A stretch of DNA of 24,723 nt from Candidatus Woesearchaeota archaeon. Its GTDB lineage: Archaea > Nanobdellota > Nanobdellia > Pacearchaeales > GW2011-AR1. Under the pieces are notes generated by a model. The model saw nothing but the letters and a program-made list of their open reading frames with translations. It made no database searches and was not told where the DNA came from. This document shows, piece after piece, positions 1 through 9,360 of the stretch (within the stretch, counting starts at the first letter, position 1; every line of letters starts with the position of its first letter). Both the position numbers and the translations under genes were made by a program. The stretch lies in NCBI GenBank assembly GCA_964579805.1, contig CAZOGX010000001.1, forward strand, positions 1 through 24,723, in the 5' to 3' direction.

Positions 1-123
1 CACTTTTTATCCCAAGGCGGAGTTTGGATATATGCACTCTTAGTTACAGTTCTAGCAGTCATTATAACTATAGTTATTAGTAAAGCTGAAAGTAAATTAA
101 AAGGAGGACAGCAAATAAACTAG
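1..123 (+). CDS. 3' end of a small membrane protein, DUF5654-like (5' truncated by window edge)
   Basis: Frame 1 is open from base 1: HFLSQGGVWIYALLVTVLAVIITIVISKAESKLKGGQQIN*. It has one TM helix with a YAxxVTxxAV pattern recalled from DUF5654. Its TAG (121-123) abuts the next ATG. Not in the ORF track. Confidence 0.6.
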   Translation, partial: HFLSQGGVWIYALLVTVLAVIITIVISKAESKLKGGQQIN

Positions 124-1260
124 ATGGAGCTTAAAGATTTTGCAGATGAGTTTGGTCCGGAGATGATTGTTGAAGTTTATGATCCTCACACTGGGATGAA
201 GGGATTTACAGTTATTGATAACACTGCTCTTGGTCCAGGAAAGGGAGGGATAAGAATGACAGAAAGCGTTGATGTTAAGGAGGTTTTTAGGCTCGCCAGA
301 ACTATGACTTGGAAATGTGCCCTTGCTGATTTACCTTTTGGAGGAGCCAAGAGCGGAATAATTTATGATAAGAAAAACCCTGTTGGAAAGGACGAGTTAA
401 TGGCTAGTTTTTCTAGAGCTATAAAACCTATTTGCCCACTTAAATATGTTGCAGCTCCAGATATAAATACCACTGAAAAAGAAATGGAGCTTTTTGCAGA
501 GGTAAATGGAGATTTTAGTTCCACAACTGGGAAACCTGCTAATTATTGTAAAGTCAAGAATGGTAAAAAGATGTGTGGAATACCGCATGAATTTGGTTCT
601 ACTGGTTATGGCGTTTCTTATGCTACTCAAGTAGCCTTGAGACATAAGAAAATAAACGTTAAGGGAGCGACAATAGCTATTGAAGGCTTTGGTAATGTAG
701 GCACTTGTCCATTTGAAGATTTAGAAAAAGCAGGCGCTAAGATAATAGCTGTTTCTGATAGCAAGGGATGTTTGTATAATCCTAAAGGTCTTAATTTTGC
801 TGAAGTGATGAAAATTAAAAAAGAGACTGGGAGCGTTGTAAATGGGAATGGAGAGAAAATTGATGGTAAGAAGATTTTTGAACTTGAAGTTGATGTCTTA
901 ATTCCTGGAGCTTTGCCTGATGTGATTAATGAAGGGAATGTTGATAAAGTTAAGGCAAAAATTGTAGTTGAAGCTGCAAATATTCCTATGTCTTTAGAAG
1001 TTGAAAAGAAACTGGGTAAGAGAGCTTTGATAGTTCCAGATTTTGTTGCAAATGCTGGAGGAGTGATAAGTAGTTATGTTGAGTATATAGGCGAGAGTCC
1101 TGAATTCATGTATAAGATGGTTAAAGAAAAAATAGAGAAAAATACGGAGTTAGTTCTTAGCAGGGCGGAAGCTAAAAAGATAAGTCCTAGAGATTCTGCA
1201 ATGGAAATTGCGGTTGAAAGAGTAAGACTTGCTATGGCTAAAAGAAATAAGAAATATTAG
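124..1260 (+). CDS. gdhA: Glu/Leu/Phe/Val dehydrogenase (glutamate dehydrogenase-like)
   Basis: Motifs GPGKGGIR, MTWKCAL..LPFGGAKSG, APDINT, GFGNVG (Rossmann), EAANIP and PDFVANAGGV. Confidence 0.9.
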   Translation: MELKDFADEFGPEMIVEVYDPHTGMKGFTVIDNTALGPGKGGIRMTESVDVKEVFRLARTMTWKCALADLPFGGAKSGIIYDKKNPVGKDELMASFSRAIKPICPLKYVAAPDINTTEKEMELFAEVNGDFSSTTGKPANYCKVKNGKKMCGIPHEFGSTGYGVSYATQVALRHKKINVKGATIAIEGFGNVGTCPFEDLEKAGAKIIAVSDSKGCLYNPKGLNFAEVMKIKKETGSVVNGNGEKIDGKKIFELEVDVLIPGALPDVINEGNVDKVKAKIVVEAANIPMSLEVEKKLGKRALIVPDFVANAGGVISSYVEYIGESPEFMYKMVKEKIEKNTELVLSRAEAKKISPRDSAMEIAVERVRLAMAKRNKKY

Positions 1261-2375
1261 TGCATTTCTGCGAGTCCAAGTATTCCACCTAGAACGAATA
1301 CGAGAGTTATTATAACTATTAATATAGTATTTAGTGGGAAACTGTATTCTGGTTTTTTGTCTCCTTCTCTTTTGGCTTTTCTTAGCATTAACATTATGAG
1401 TATTCCAGTTATACTTCCTGAAATTATTCCAGAGGCGTTTAATATATTGCTAAAACCAAAATGCATCTTTATGGTTATTATGTAAAGTAGAAGGGAGAAC
1501 CCAGAGATTAATGCCCAAGCTGTGCTTTTTTTGAAATTATAGTCAAAGTGCAACATTGATTTTAGAACCGTAGCAAGTGCAAAATAAGAAGTAGTCATGG
1601 TTATTATTCCAAGATATACGAAAACGGCGCCTAAACCAATTGTTGATATTTCTGGGACTGCAGCACCCTTTACTCCTACAACTATTAGTGTGAATATTAA
1701 GTAACCTATTATCGGGATGAAACTTCCAAGGAATATTACCCTTTTCATTTTTTTCTTCTCTTTTTCAAGAATTCTTCCAAGTTCAGGTATTGCAGAAAAA
1801 GCTAAAAGCGCAAATAAAACTGTTCCGAATGGCGCGAAAAAGTTTGATGGGATGAAGTGAGAAAGATTTTCTATTGAGACTTTTGGGAAAAGATAAAAGA
1901 ATATTCCAAAGAAAAAGAGAGTTACAAGTATTAGCCCTATTACTTCTCCCTGCTTAAATGTTTTCATGCCAAAAAAAGTTATAAGAGAAAGGAAAACCCA
2001 TATGGCTAGAGCTGTGAAGAGGCTTAGACTAGCATCCCCTCTTATCAGATAACTTATACTTTCAGATATTCCTACCAAGTATGCCACTAAGGCAGAGAAA
2101 ATACCAAAAACTAACATAAAAAACATTATGGACTTTCCTTTTCCTCCTAAATATTTCTCTGCATATCCAGTCATTTGGTGTTCGCCTTTGGTTCTCAAAA
2201 CTACCTCACCCATACATAAATTGACAGCCATAATTATTAGCCCAAGAAATATTATGTGGATTGCCCCAATTAAAAATCCAGACTGCGAAACTACATAAGG
2301 TATTCCTAAAAATCCCGCACCAACTATTGTACCTATTAGGACGGCTACTGCAGCAAATACATGAGACTTCACCAT
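1257..2375 (-). CDS. Amino acid permease (aromatic amino acid/HAAAP-like, APC superfamily)
   Basis: N-terminal IGTIVGAGFLGIPY motif and about 11 hydrophobic segments over 372 aa. Confidence 0.8.
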   Translation of the reverse strand: MVKSHVFAAVAVLIGTIVGAGFLGIPYVVSQSGFLIGAIHIIFLGLIIMAVNLCMGEVVLRTKGEHQMTGYAEKYLGGKGKSIMFFMLVFGIFSALVAYLVGISESISYLIRGDASLSLFTALAIWVFLSLITFFGMKTFKQGEVIGLILVTLFFFGIFFYLFPKVSIENLSHFIPSNFFAPFGTVLFALLAFSAIPELGRILEKEKKKMKRVIFLGSFIPIIGYLIFTLIVVGVKGAAVPEISTIGLGAVFVYLGIITMTTSYFALATVLKSMLHFDYNFKKSTAWALISGFSLLLYIITIKMHFGFSNILNASGIISGSITGILIMLMLRKAKREGDKKPEYSFPLNTILIVIITLVFVLGGILGLAEMH

Positions 2376-2464
2376 TTTAGCTTTTTTATATATGGGATTT
2401 TATGGTTTATTAATCTGATGTCTAGAGAGATAGTTTTATTTATCCTAAAATGAAATGTTATTTA

Positions 2465-2537
2465 GGGCCTATAGTTTAATGGATTAGAATACGGGACTTC
2501 GGATCCCGGGATCGAGGTTCAATTCCTCGTAGGCCCA
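2465..2537 (+). tRNA. tRNA-Arg(TCG), no intron, CCA not encoded
   Basis: Acceptor stem GGGCCTA/TAGGCCC, D arm GTTT..GAAT with GGA, anticodon arm CGGGA-CTTCGGA-TCCCG, T arm CGAGG-TTCAATT-CCTCG. A15:U48 covariation and the A20 Arg identity base are present. Confidence 0.95.
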
Positions 2538-2552
2538 TAATGTCAAGAAATT

Positions 2553-5066
2553 TTATTTGAAATAATTCTCAAGGATTTTTGAGTTTCTCTTTATGAAGGT
2601 GCTATTCATTTGAGCAATTTCAAAAGCGTTCGCCTTTGTTTTTGAGTATTTTATTTTATGAATCTTAAGAAAGTTTGCGATTTCTACAAGTTTTTCTTTT
2701 TCTGTATTTGAGGTAATTAAAGTTTCTAAAAGTTGTCTAAAAAGATAGTTTATTTTTTGATAGTCCTTCAATTTTGACCAATTTTCTTTAAACCAAGGAA
2801 GAAACGTTTTTTTTGAAACAGGGTTTGCAGAGACTGCTGAAAAGACTCTAGATAGTTCTTGCTTTCTAACCTTAGGGGTTAGAGAATAATTCAATGCATT
2901 TTTAATAATAGATTCAGACCTAAACTTGTAAATAGCAGATAACAATTTGAGTTTTTCTTCAAGGACTGGATGAGACTCATATAGTCTTCTAAGCAAGTCG
3001 TATGTTTCTTCGTTTCCATTAGAAGCTACAAGCGCATAGATTGCTCCACTTATGTCTGGATGCAGGGACTTATATTTTTTGAATATTTTTTTTCCTTCTA
3101 AAATTGTTTTTTTATCTTCAGTAAAAGAAAGGAACGATATACAGATTGAGCGAAGCAAAGAATCATTTATATTTTCTCTCTTTTTTGGAGTCCACCCTAA
3201 TCTCTTGAGCTGTCTCTTATATGGTTCTGACAAGTGATTATTAAATTTATCTTTGATATTTTTCCAGAAATGCGAGTCTGAAAAGAGCAGATAAATTGAA
3301 TATATGTTTGAATATATATCTGATAAAACTAGATAAGAATTTTCATTTCTGTAGCATTTTATGAAGTCTAGGTAGTTGTCGATTGAAATCTCTCCTATAA
3401 TGGACATATTAAATAAATCGTTTTGTATCCCGCGTCTGTCGCTTACTCCAATCTTTTTTGACGAAATTTTTTCCTTAAGCTGTTCTAAGTTTTCTTTATC
3501 ATATTTTACTCTATAAAATCCCTCTTGCATGTAATTAGCATTAAAAAATTCATGAGAGAAATTAGAGATTATTGTTTTTTTTGATCTAAGAAGGAATCTT
3601 TTATTAGATATTCCGTTTGATATTCTGCAAGGTATTAACCAAGAACCTTTAGATTGGTTGAACGGTTTTTGGATAAGCGCTATTTTTTCTCCTTTTTTTA
3701 CAGAATTAGCAATTAATAGAGGATATCCCTTCTGATTTATCCAAGATTCTAAAACTTCTTTTATTGGGTAATTGGAAGTTTTTGAGAGCGAGTTCCATAG
3801 GTCTTTAGCTTCCGCATTTCCGTATTTAAATGACTTCAAGTAGTTTGATACTCCCTTTCTAAAATTCTCTTCACCTATGAATGAGTCAATCATTCTTAGA
3901 ACTGAACCCCCTTTGCCGTAACTTATCTTATCAAATATTTCTTCTACTTCATTAGGCGTTGAAACTTTTACAGCTATAGGATGCGTAGTTTTAAGAGTAT
4001 CAGCTACTAGGGCTTCAGAAGTTTCTCCTTCAACAAAGTCTTCCCACATTTTCCATTCCGGGAAGTAATGGTCTAGTGCTTTAAACGCCATATATGTTGC
4101 GAAACTTTCGTTAAGCCATAGGTCATCCCACCATCTCATTGTTACTAGATTGCCTGACCATTGATGCCATAATTCGTGGGCTATTACTTCTGCTATTCTT
4201 TTTTTAACTCTTATAGAAGTTTTTTTCTCATCAAAAAGAAGAAGTATTTCTCTGAAAGTTATGGCTCCCCAGTTTTCCATTGCACCAGCACCGAAATCTG
4301 GGATTGCGAGCAAATCAAGCTTAGGAAGAGGGTATGGGACTTCGGAGTATTTTTCAAAGTATTCTAAGAACTTTTTTGTTAAATCTAGCGCAAATTTTCC
4401 TTGTTTAGATTTTCCTTTAGTAGTTACTATTCGCAGTTTTACTTTATTTTTATACGTGTCGTGGAGGTACTCAAATTCTCCCACCCCTATATAAAGCAAA
4501 TAGGTAGACATCAAAGGAGTTTTTTCAAATTTGATTAGTTTATGTTTTTTAGAAAATTCTTCGTAAATTACAGGCATGTTGGAAATAGCCGATAATTTTT
4601 TATCTATTATTAAAGAAAGATCAAATGTAGCTTTCATATCTGGCTGATCGAAACATGGGAAGCATTGCCTAGCATAAGGCGCTTCAAATTGGCTTGTTGC
4701 TAGGTACTTTGTTCTTTTACCTTCTTGATATTTGCTTCTGTAGAAACCAGTTAGGTTGTCTTTCAAGTGTCCTTCGAACTCTAGAGTCAAGGCGTAAGAA
4801 GAAATAGGTAATTTTTTTTGAAAGATAAGGACAATTATCTCTTCTTCTTCATACATTTTTATTTCAGGGTGAATTATCTTTTCTTTATCTTGAAGAAAAG
4901 TTCTAGTTATCTTTAGGTCTTTTGAGTTAAGAACAATTTTATTTGTTGGTTCTCTCACTCTTATGCTTGTTATCACCCTACCTTTAAAATTGAATTTAGT
5001 TAGTGAAGGCTCTAAAAGGAGATTATAGTTAATTGGAATTACTGATTCGGGTAGCTTTCCAGACAT
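2553..5066 (-). CDS. pepN: M1 family zinc aminopeptidase (PepN/tricorn-interacting factor F2/F3-like, with ERAP1-like C-terminal domain)
   Basis: GAMENWG exopeptidase motif, HELWH-x18-E (WLNESFA) zinc motif and YGKG catalytic Tyr; 837 aa. Confidence 0.93.
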   Translation of the reverse strand: MSGKLPESVIPINYNLLLEPSLTKFNFKGRVITSIRVREPTNKIVLNSKDLKITRTFLQDKEKIIHPEIKMYEEEEIIVLIFQKKLPISSYALTLEFEGHLKDNLTGFYRSKYQEGKRTKYLATSQFEAPYARQCFPCFDQPDMKATFDLSLIIDKKLSAISNMPVIYEEFSKKHKLIKFEKTPLMSTYLLYIGVGEFEYLHDTYKNKVKLRIVTTKGKSKQGKFALDLTKKFLEYFEKYSEVPYPLPKLDLLAIPDFGAGAMENWGAITFREILLLFDEKKTSIRVKKRIAEVIAHELWHQWSGNLVTMRWWDDLWLNESFATYMAFKALDHYFPEWKMWEDFVEGETSEALVADTLKTTHPIAVKVSTPNEVEEIFDKISYGKGGSVLRMIDSFIGEENFRKGVSNYLKSFKYGNAEAKDLWNSLSKTSNYPIKEVLESWINQKGYPLLIANSVKKGEKIALIQKPFNQSKGSWLIPCRISNGISNKRFLLRSKKTIISNFSHEFFNANYMQEGFYRVKYDKENLEQLKEKISSKKIGVSDRRGIQNDLFNMSIIGEISIDNYLDFIKCYRNENSYLVLSDIYSNIYSIYLLFSDSHFWKNIKDKFNNHLSEPYKRQLKRLGWTPKKRENINDSLLRSICISFLSFTEDKKTILEGKKIFKKYKSLHPDISGAIYALVASNGNEETYDLLRRLYESHPVLEEKLKLLSAIYKFRSESIIKNALNYSLTPKVRKQELSRVFSAVSANPVSKKTFLPWFKENWSKLKDYQKINYLFRQLLETLITSNTEKEKLVEIANFLKIHKIKYSKTKANAFEIAQMNSTFIKRNSKILENYFK

Positions 5067-5086
5067 ACCGATTAATAATGCTAAGA

Positions 5087-5095
5087 TTTAATAAA
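5087..5095. promoter_or_regulatory. Overlapping bidirectional TATA boxes for pepN (-) and proS (+)
   Basis: TTTAATAA (+, 5087) lies 29 nt before ATG 5116. TTTATTAA (-, from 5095) lies 29 nt before ATG 5066. Confidence 0.7.
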
Positions 5096-5115
5096 GTTAT
5101 TCCCTAAAAATGAGT

Positions 5116-6534
5116 ATGGCTGGGAATGGTAAGATTATAGATAATAAAGGATTAACTTATAAAAAGAAGGCTGATTTTTCTGAGTGGTATTCTGAAGTTG
5201 TACAAAAGGCCGAGCTAGTGGATTATGCTCCTATAAAGGGGTTTATGATAATAAAACCTAATGGATATTCTATTTGGGAGAAAATACAAGAAGAATTTAA
5301 TGCTTTTTTAAAAAAGAGAGGAATAAGAAACGCTTATTTTCCTCTTCTTATTCCTGAAAGTTATTTTAAAAGGGAAGCCGAACATGCACAAGGATTTGCT
5401 CCTGAACTTGCTTATTTAGAAGGGAAAGAGGAAGGCGAGAGACTTGCTTTAAGACCAACTTCTGAAACTATAGTTTATGATTCTTTTTCTAAATGGATTA
5501 GGAGTTGGAGAGACCTTCCATATAGGATAAATCAGTGGGCAAACGTTTTAAGATGGGAAGTCAAACAGACTAAACCATTTATTAGAACACGCGAGTTCTT
5601 ATGGCAAGAAGGGCACTGCGCATTTTCTTCCGAAAAAGATGCCGAAAGAAATGTTGATGAGATTATAAGAGAATACAGAAAGGTTGCCGAAGAATTAATG
5701 GGTATTCCAGTTATATTGGGAAGAAAGAGCAAAATGGAAACTTTTGCAGGGGCTAAAAAAACTATGACTATTGAAGGCTTGATGCCCGACGGCACTTCTC
5801 ATAATCTTGGACAGGGTTTTTCTAAAGCTTTTGATGTTAAATTTAGAAACAAAGATGAGGGGGATGAGTTTGCATGGCTTACTTCTTGGGGAATATCTAC
5901 TCGCCTTATTGGCGCTTTAGCAATGACTCACGGAGATGATAAAGGTCTTGTTTTACCTCCTAAAATAGCATTCTATAAAGGAGTCGTCATTCCAATAATT
6001 TTTGACGAGACAAAAGAAAAAGTAATACAAAAAGTAAAAGATATAGAAAAAAGGTTGTTGAGATATAATTTTCTATTGGATGATAGAGAAGAATATAGTC
6101 CTGGATGGAAGTTTAGCGAGTGGGAAATGAAGGGCATTCCTATAAGGATTGAGGTTGGTCCTAAGGATTTGGAAAAGAAACAGGTTACTCTTGTCAGAAG
6201 AGATACAGGATTAAAGGAGCAGATTAAGGAAAAGGATTTGGAAAAGAAGGTCTCTATTATCTTAGAAGATATGCAGAAAAATTTATTTGAAAAGGCTAGG
6301 AAATTCTTGGATTCTAGAATTGATTCTGCTAAAGATTTGAAAGAACTAAAGAAGAAAATTGAAGAGGGGAAAATCGTTAAGGTCTATATGGATGATGATA
6401 TTTTAGTTGAAGGAAAAGTCAAAAATGAAACTGGGGCTACTTCAAGAATTATTGAGGACGTGAAAAAGGAAGGAAAATGTGTTATCTCTGGAAAGAGTGT
6501 TAAGACTATTGCGTATGTTGCGAGGAGTTATTGA
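5116..6534 (+). CDS. proS: Prolyl-tRNA synthetase, archaeal/eukaryotic type; about 6 aa missing in the catalytic core
   Basis: Motifs RPTSET, RWE..QTKPFIRTREFLWQEGH, SWGISTRLIGAL and the conserved C-terminal Tyr (ARSY). Start moved from 5110 to ATG 5116 on promoter spacing. Reads MPDG-TSHNLG where MPDGKALQxGTSH is expected. Confidence 0.95.
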   Translation: MAGNGKIIDNKGLTYKKKADFSEWYSEVVQKAELVDYAPIKGFMIIKPNGYSIWEKIQEEFNAFLKKRGIRNAYFPLLIPESYFKREAEHAQGFAPELAYLEGKEEGERLALRPTSETIVYDSFSKWIRSWRDLPYRINQWANVLRWEVKQTKPFIRTREFLWQEGHCAFSSEKDAERNVDEIIREYRKVAEELMGIPVILGRKSKMETFAGAKKTMTIEGLMPDGTSHNLGQGFSKAFDVKFRNKDEGDEFAWLTSWGISTRLIGALAMTHGDDKGLVLPPKIAFYKGVVIPIIFDETKEKVIQKVKDIEKRLLRYNFLLDDREEYSPGWKFSEWEMKGIPIRIEVGPKDLEKKQVTLVRRDTGLKEQIKEKDLEKKVSIILEDMQKNLFEKARKFLDSRIDSAKDLKELKKKIEEGKIVKVYMDDDILVEGKVKNETGATSRIIEDVKKEGKCVISGKSVKTIAYVARSY

Positions 6535-7805
6535 TGGAATTCAAGGCGAGTGCTGGAGATTATGTGCGAATAGGGTTGGCTAAAAGGAACATTGAAGGCA
6601 TTGTTTTAGAAAGTTATGAGAAAGATATTGTTCTTTTAAAGTTGAATTCTGGATACAATATTGGAATTCCTCGGGAGAATATCTTAGATATTAAGATATT
6701 AAGGAAGTTTAAAGAAGATAAAACTGATTTTGAGATGCCTTCTGGAAAAGGCAAGCCAAAAATTGGACTTATAATCACTGGGGGAACTATTGCAAGCAAG
6801 CTTGATTCTAAAACTGGAGCAGCTAGACATCTTACTGATGTTAAGGAATTTGCAAGATTCTATCCTAAACTTTTTGAGAAAGTAGATATTAAGAAAATAG
6901 ATGTTCCATTCATGATGGCCTCTGAAAATATGTCTAATAAAGAATGGGTTAAGATTGCTGAATGTGCTCAAAAAATGTTGAATGATTCTGAAATTGAGGG
7001 AATAATAATTACTCATGGGACTGATTTTTTGCATTACACTTCTGCAGCTCTTAGTTTCATGTTGAGAAATTTGAATAAACCTGTCGTATTAACTTATTCG
7101 CAGAGATCAATTGATAGAGCAAGTAGCGATGCGGAACTTAATTTAGATTGTGCTGTTCAAATGGCCTTAAGTGATTGTGCAGAAGTGGTTTTAGTAGGTC
7201 ATGCAGATATGAATGATGATTTTTGTTATGCTTTGTCTGGAACAAAAGTTAAAAAGATGCATACTTCAAGAAGGGATGCCTTTAAGCCTATAAACACGAC
7301 GCCTCTTGCTAAGGTAACTTCAGAAGGAGTTGAATTTTTGAGACAAAGAAGACCTCGTAATAAAGAAAAAGTGGAATTAGATGTGGAATTTAGCGATAAA
7401 GTTGCATTAATTAAATTCTATCCTGGACAAAGCCCTGATATTTTAGAATATTATTCTAAAGAAGGATATAAGGGAATTATTATTGAAGGTTCTGGATTAG
7501 GGCATGTTGCTTCTCAAGATTCTAGAGATAGTTGGATATCAATTATTAAGAAGGTAATAAAATCTGGAATGAGTGTTTGCATTAGTGCTCAAACTATTTA
7601 TGGTCGCTTAAATCCGAAAGTTTATTCTTATGGGCGAGAACTGGAAAAAACAGGAGCTATATTCTTGGAAGATATGTTGAGCGAGACAGCATTAGTTAAA
7701 CTTGGATGGGTTTTAGGGCATAGAAACTGGAAAACACAAGATAAGATTAAAGAGAAGATGATGGAAAATTTTGCTGGAGAGTTCAACGAGCTTTTGAGTG
7801 AGTGA
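6534..7805 (+). CDS. gatD: Glu-tRNA(Gln) amidotransferase subunit D
   Basis: N-terminal KLNSGYNIG barrel and an asparaginase-like domain (TGGTIAS, HGTD, KMHTSRRDAF). The ATG overlaps the proS stop (TGATG). Confidence 0.95.
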   Translation: MEFKASAGDYVRIGLAKRNIEGIVLESYEKDIVLLKLNSGYNIGIPRENILDIKILRKFKEDKTDFEMPSGKGKPKIGLIITGGTIASKLDSKTGAARHLTDVKEFARFYPKLFEKVDIKKIDVPFMMASENMSNKEWVKIAECAQKMLNDSEIEGIIITHGTDFLHYTSAALSFMLRNLNKPVVLTYSQRSIDRASSDAELNLDCAVQMALSDCAEVVLVGHADMNDDFCYALSGTKVKKMHTSRRDAFKPINTTPLAKVTSEGVEFLRQRRPRNKEKVELDVEFSDKVALIKFYPGQSPDILEYYSKEGYKGIIIEGSGLGHVASQDSRDSWISIIKKVIKSGMSVCISAQTIYGRLNPKVYSYGRELEKTGAIFLEDMLSETALVKLGWVLGHRNWKTQDKIKEKMMENFAGEFNELLSE

Positions 7806-7814
7806 TTCATAATA

Positions 7815-7822
7815 TTTAATAA
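7815..7822 (+). promoter_or_regulatory. TATA box of galE
   Basis: TTTAATAA 29 nt before ATG 7844. Confidence 0.6.
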
Positions 7823-7843
7823 TTGAGCGTCTTACTTGAATTC

Positions 7844-8863
7844 ATGAAGGTTTTAGTCACCGGTGGTGCAGGGTATATAGGGAGCCACGTAGTTGCTGAA
7901 TTGTGCGATAAAGGTTATGAACCAGTAATTATAGATAATTTATCTAACTCTCATAGATTCATTATTGACAATCTTAAAACTCTTACGGGAAAGGACATCC
8001 CATTTTATGAAGTTGATTGTTGTGATTTTGATTCGGTCTGCGAAGTTTTTAAAAAAGAAAAAATTGAGCAGGTAATTCACTTCGTCGCTAGTAAATCAGT
8101 TGGTGAGAGCGTTAAAAAACCACTAGATTATTACTTTAATAATATTAATTCTCTTATTTCTGTTATACGTGCTATGTCTTTATTTGGAGTTGGAAACTTG
8201 GTTTTTTCTTCTTCTTGTTCTGTTTATGGATCTCCAGAAGAAATACCAGTAACTGAAGATTCTTTAATAAAAAAAGCATTTTCTCCATACGGAAATACAA
8301 AACAAATATGTGAAGAAATAATTATTGATTCTTTGAATGCCGGTAATTTGAAAAATGCTGTTTTGCTTAGATACTTTAATCCTATTGGAGCTCATGCATC
8401 TGGTATGATTGGGGAACTTCCAATTGGTGAGCCTCAAGGTCTTGTTCCGAGATTAACTTTAAACGCTAAAAATTTGCTTCCAGAAATAGAGGTTTTTGGA
8501 GACGATTACGACACATATGATGGAACTTGCATAAGAGATTATATTCATGTTGTTGATCTGGCTAAAGCTCATTTAAGCGCTTTTGAATATCTTAAAGACA
8601 AAAACTTATCTTTAGAAATATTTAATATTGGTATTGGAAAAGGAGTTAGTGTTTTAGAAATGATTGAACTTTTTGAAAAAACTACCGGACAGAAAATAAA
8701 ATATAAGATTGGAAAAAGAAGAGAGGGAGATGTTGTAGAGGTTTATGCAGACACATCAAAAGTTAGTGAAGTCCTAGGTTGGAAACCTACATTGAGTATA
8801 GAAGAGGCATTAGAAAGTTCTTGGAAATGGGAACTAAGTCGTTTTTCATTTAATAGTATCTGA
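7844..8863 (+). CDS. galE: UDP-glucose 4-epimerase
   Basis: MKVLVTGGAGYIGSH, FSSSCSVYG, YGNTK (YxxxK), LRYFNPIGAH and DGTCIRDYIHV. Start ATG 7844 is preferred over TTG 7823. Confidence 0.93.
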   Translation: MKVLVTGGAGYIGSHVVAELCDKGYEPVIIDNLSNSHRFIIDNLKTLTGKDIPFYEVDCCDFDSVCEVFKKEKIEQVIHFVASKSVGESVKKPLDYYFNNINSLISVIRAMSLFGVGNLVFSSSCSVYGSPEEIPVTEDSLIKKAFSPYGNTKQICEEIIIDSLNAGNLKNAVLLRYFNPIGAHASGMIGELPIGEPQGLVPRLTLNAKNLLPEIEVFGDDYDTYDGTCIRDYIHVVDLAKAHLSAFEYLKDKNLSLEIFNIGIGKGVSVLEMIELFEKTTGQKIKYKIGKRREGDVVEVYADTSKVSEVLGWKPTLSIEEALESSWKWELSRFSFNSI

Positions 8864-9280
8864 AATTGCAGCACCTATCGCCGATGGAAATGTTACTATT
8901 GCAACTCTTTTGAATGCTACAATCGGGTCTAAAACCCATGGAGTTACTTGAATTATTCCTAATAAAATGGATACAATTACGAACGAAAGCAGGTAAGTGA
9001 CTAGAACTCTTTTGGATAATTCTGAAAGGTGGCGTCTTGGATTTGAATGCATGTGCTCTTTATGATAGTGGAAAAAAGTGAATATGCCTATGAAAAATAG
9101 AGTTAGCACTATTAAAATTAATATGTTTAACAAAGGAAGAATTTCTCCAAGAACCCAAGTTTCTTCTGTAAAACCTACTGGGACTGCAAGAACAGACGCT
9201 CCTATAATCACTTGCAATAAGTCGTGAAAATCAAAACTTGTTTTTATTGGAGATAGGGCTTCTTTGCTTTTCTTTTTCAC
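8846..9280 (-). CDS. Small integral membrane protein, DUF2391/TIGR02587-like
   Basis: DLLQVIIGASVLAVPVGFTEETW motif and 3-4 TM segments. The GTG start is supported by TTTAAATT 29 nt upstream. Confidence 0.7.
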   Translation of the reverse strand: MKKKSKEALSPIKTSFDFHDLLQVIIGASVLAVPVGFTEETWVLGEILPLLNILILIVLTLFFIGIFTFFHYHKEHMHSNPRRHLSELSKRVLVTYLLSFVIVSILLGIIQVTPWVLDPIVAFKRVAIVTFPSAIGAAISDTIK

Positions 9281-9301
9281 CCAATTTTTTAGTGTTTGAT
9301 A

Positions 9302-9309
9302 AATTTAAA
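9302..9309 (-). promoter_or_regulatory. TATA box of the DUF2391-like gene
   Basis: TTTAAATT on the minus strand, 29 nt before GTG 9280. Confidence 0.55.
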
Positions 9310-9330
9310 TGTTTTTCTTTTATAGTCAAG

Positions 9331-9338
9331 TTTAAAAA
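9331..9338 (+). promoter_or_regulatory. TATA box of orphan gene 9361
   Basis: TTTAAAAA 30 nt before ATG 9361. Confidence 0.55.
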
Positions 9339-9360
9339 ATGGGTTTTTTTGGATAAGATT

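Noticed and set aside
64-77. 14-bp perfect palindrome ATAACTATAGTTAT
   Set aside because: It is AT-rich, occurs once and lies inside the coding frame of the partial first gene, so chance is sufficient.
691-726. Odd GNVGTCPFEDL after the GDH Rossmann motif
   Set aside because: The frame and GxGxxG are intact, and the divergence is within what a variable helix allows. There is no evidence of a lesion.
2502-2513. 12-bp palindrome GATCCCGGGATC
   Set aside because: It lies within the tRNA-Arg anticodon stem and variable loop and is explained by the tRNA sequence.
4155-4181. HELWH instead of the usual HELAH in the M1 peptidase
   Set aside because: HExxH and the distal Glu are intact; the variable position does not imply loss of function.
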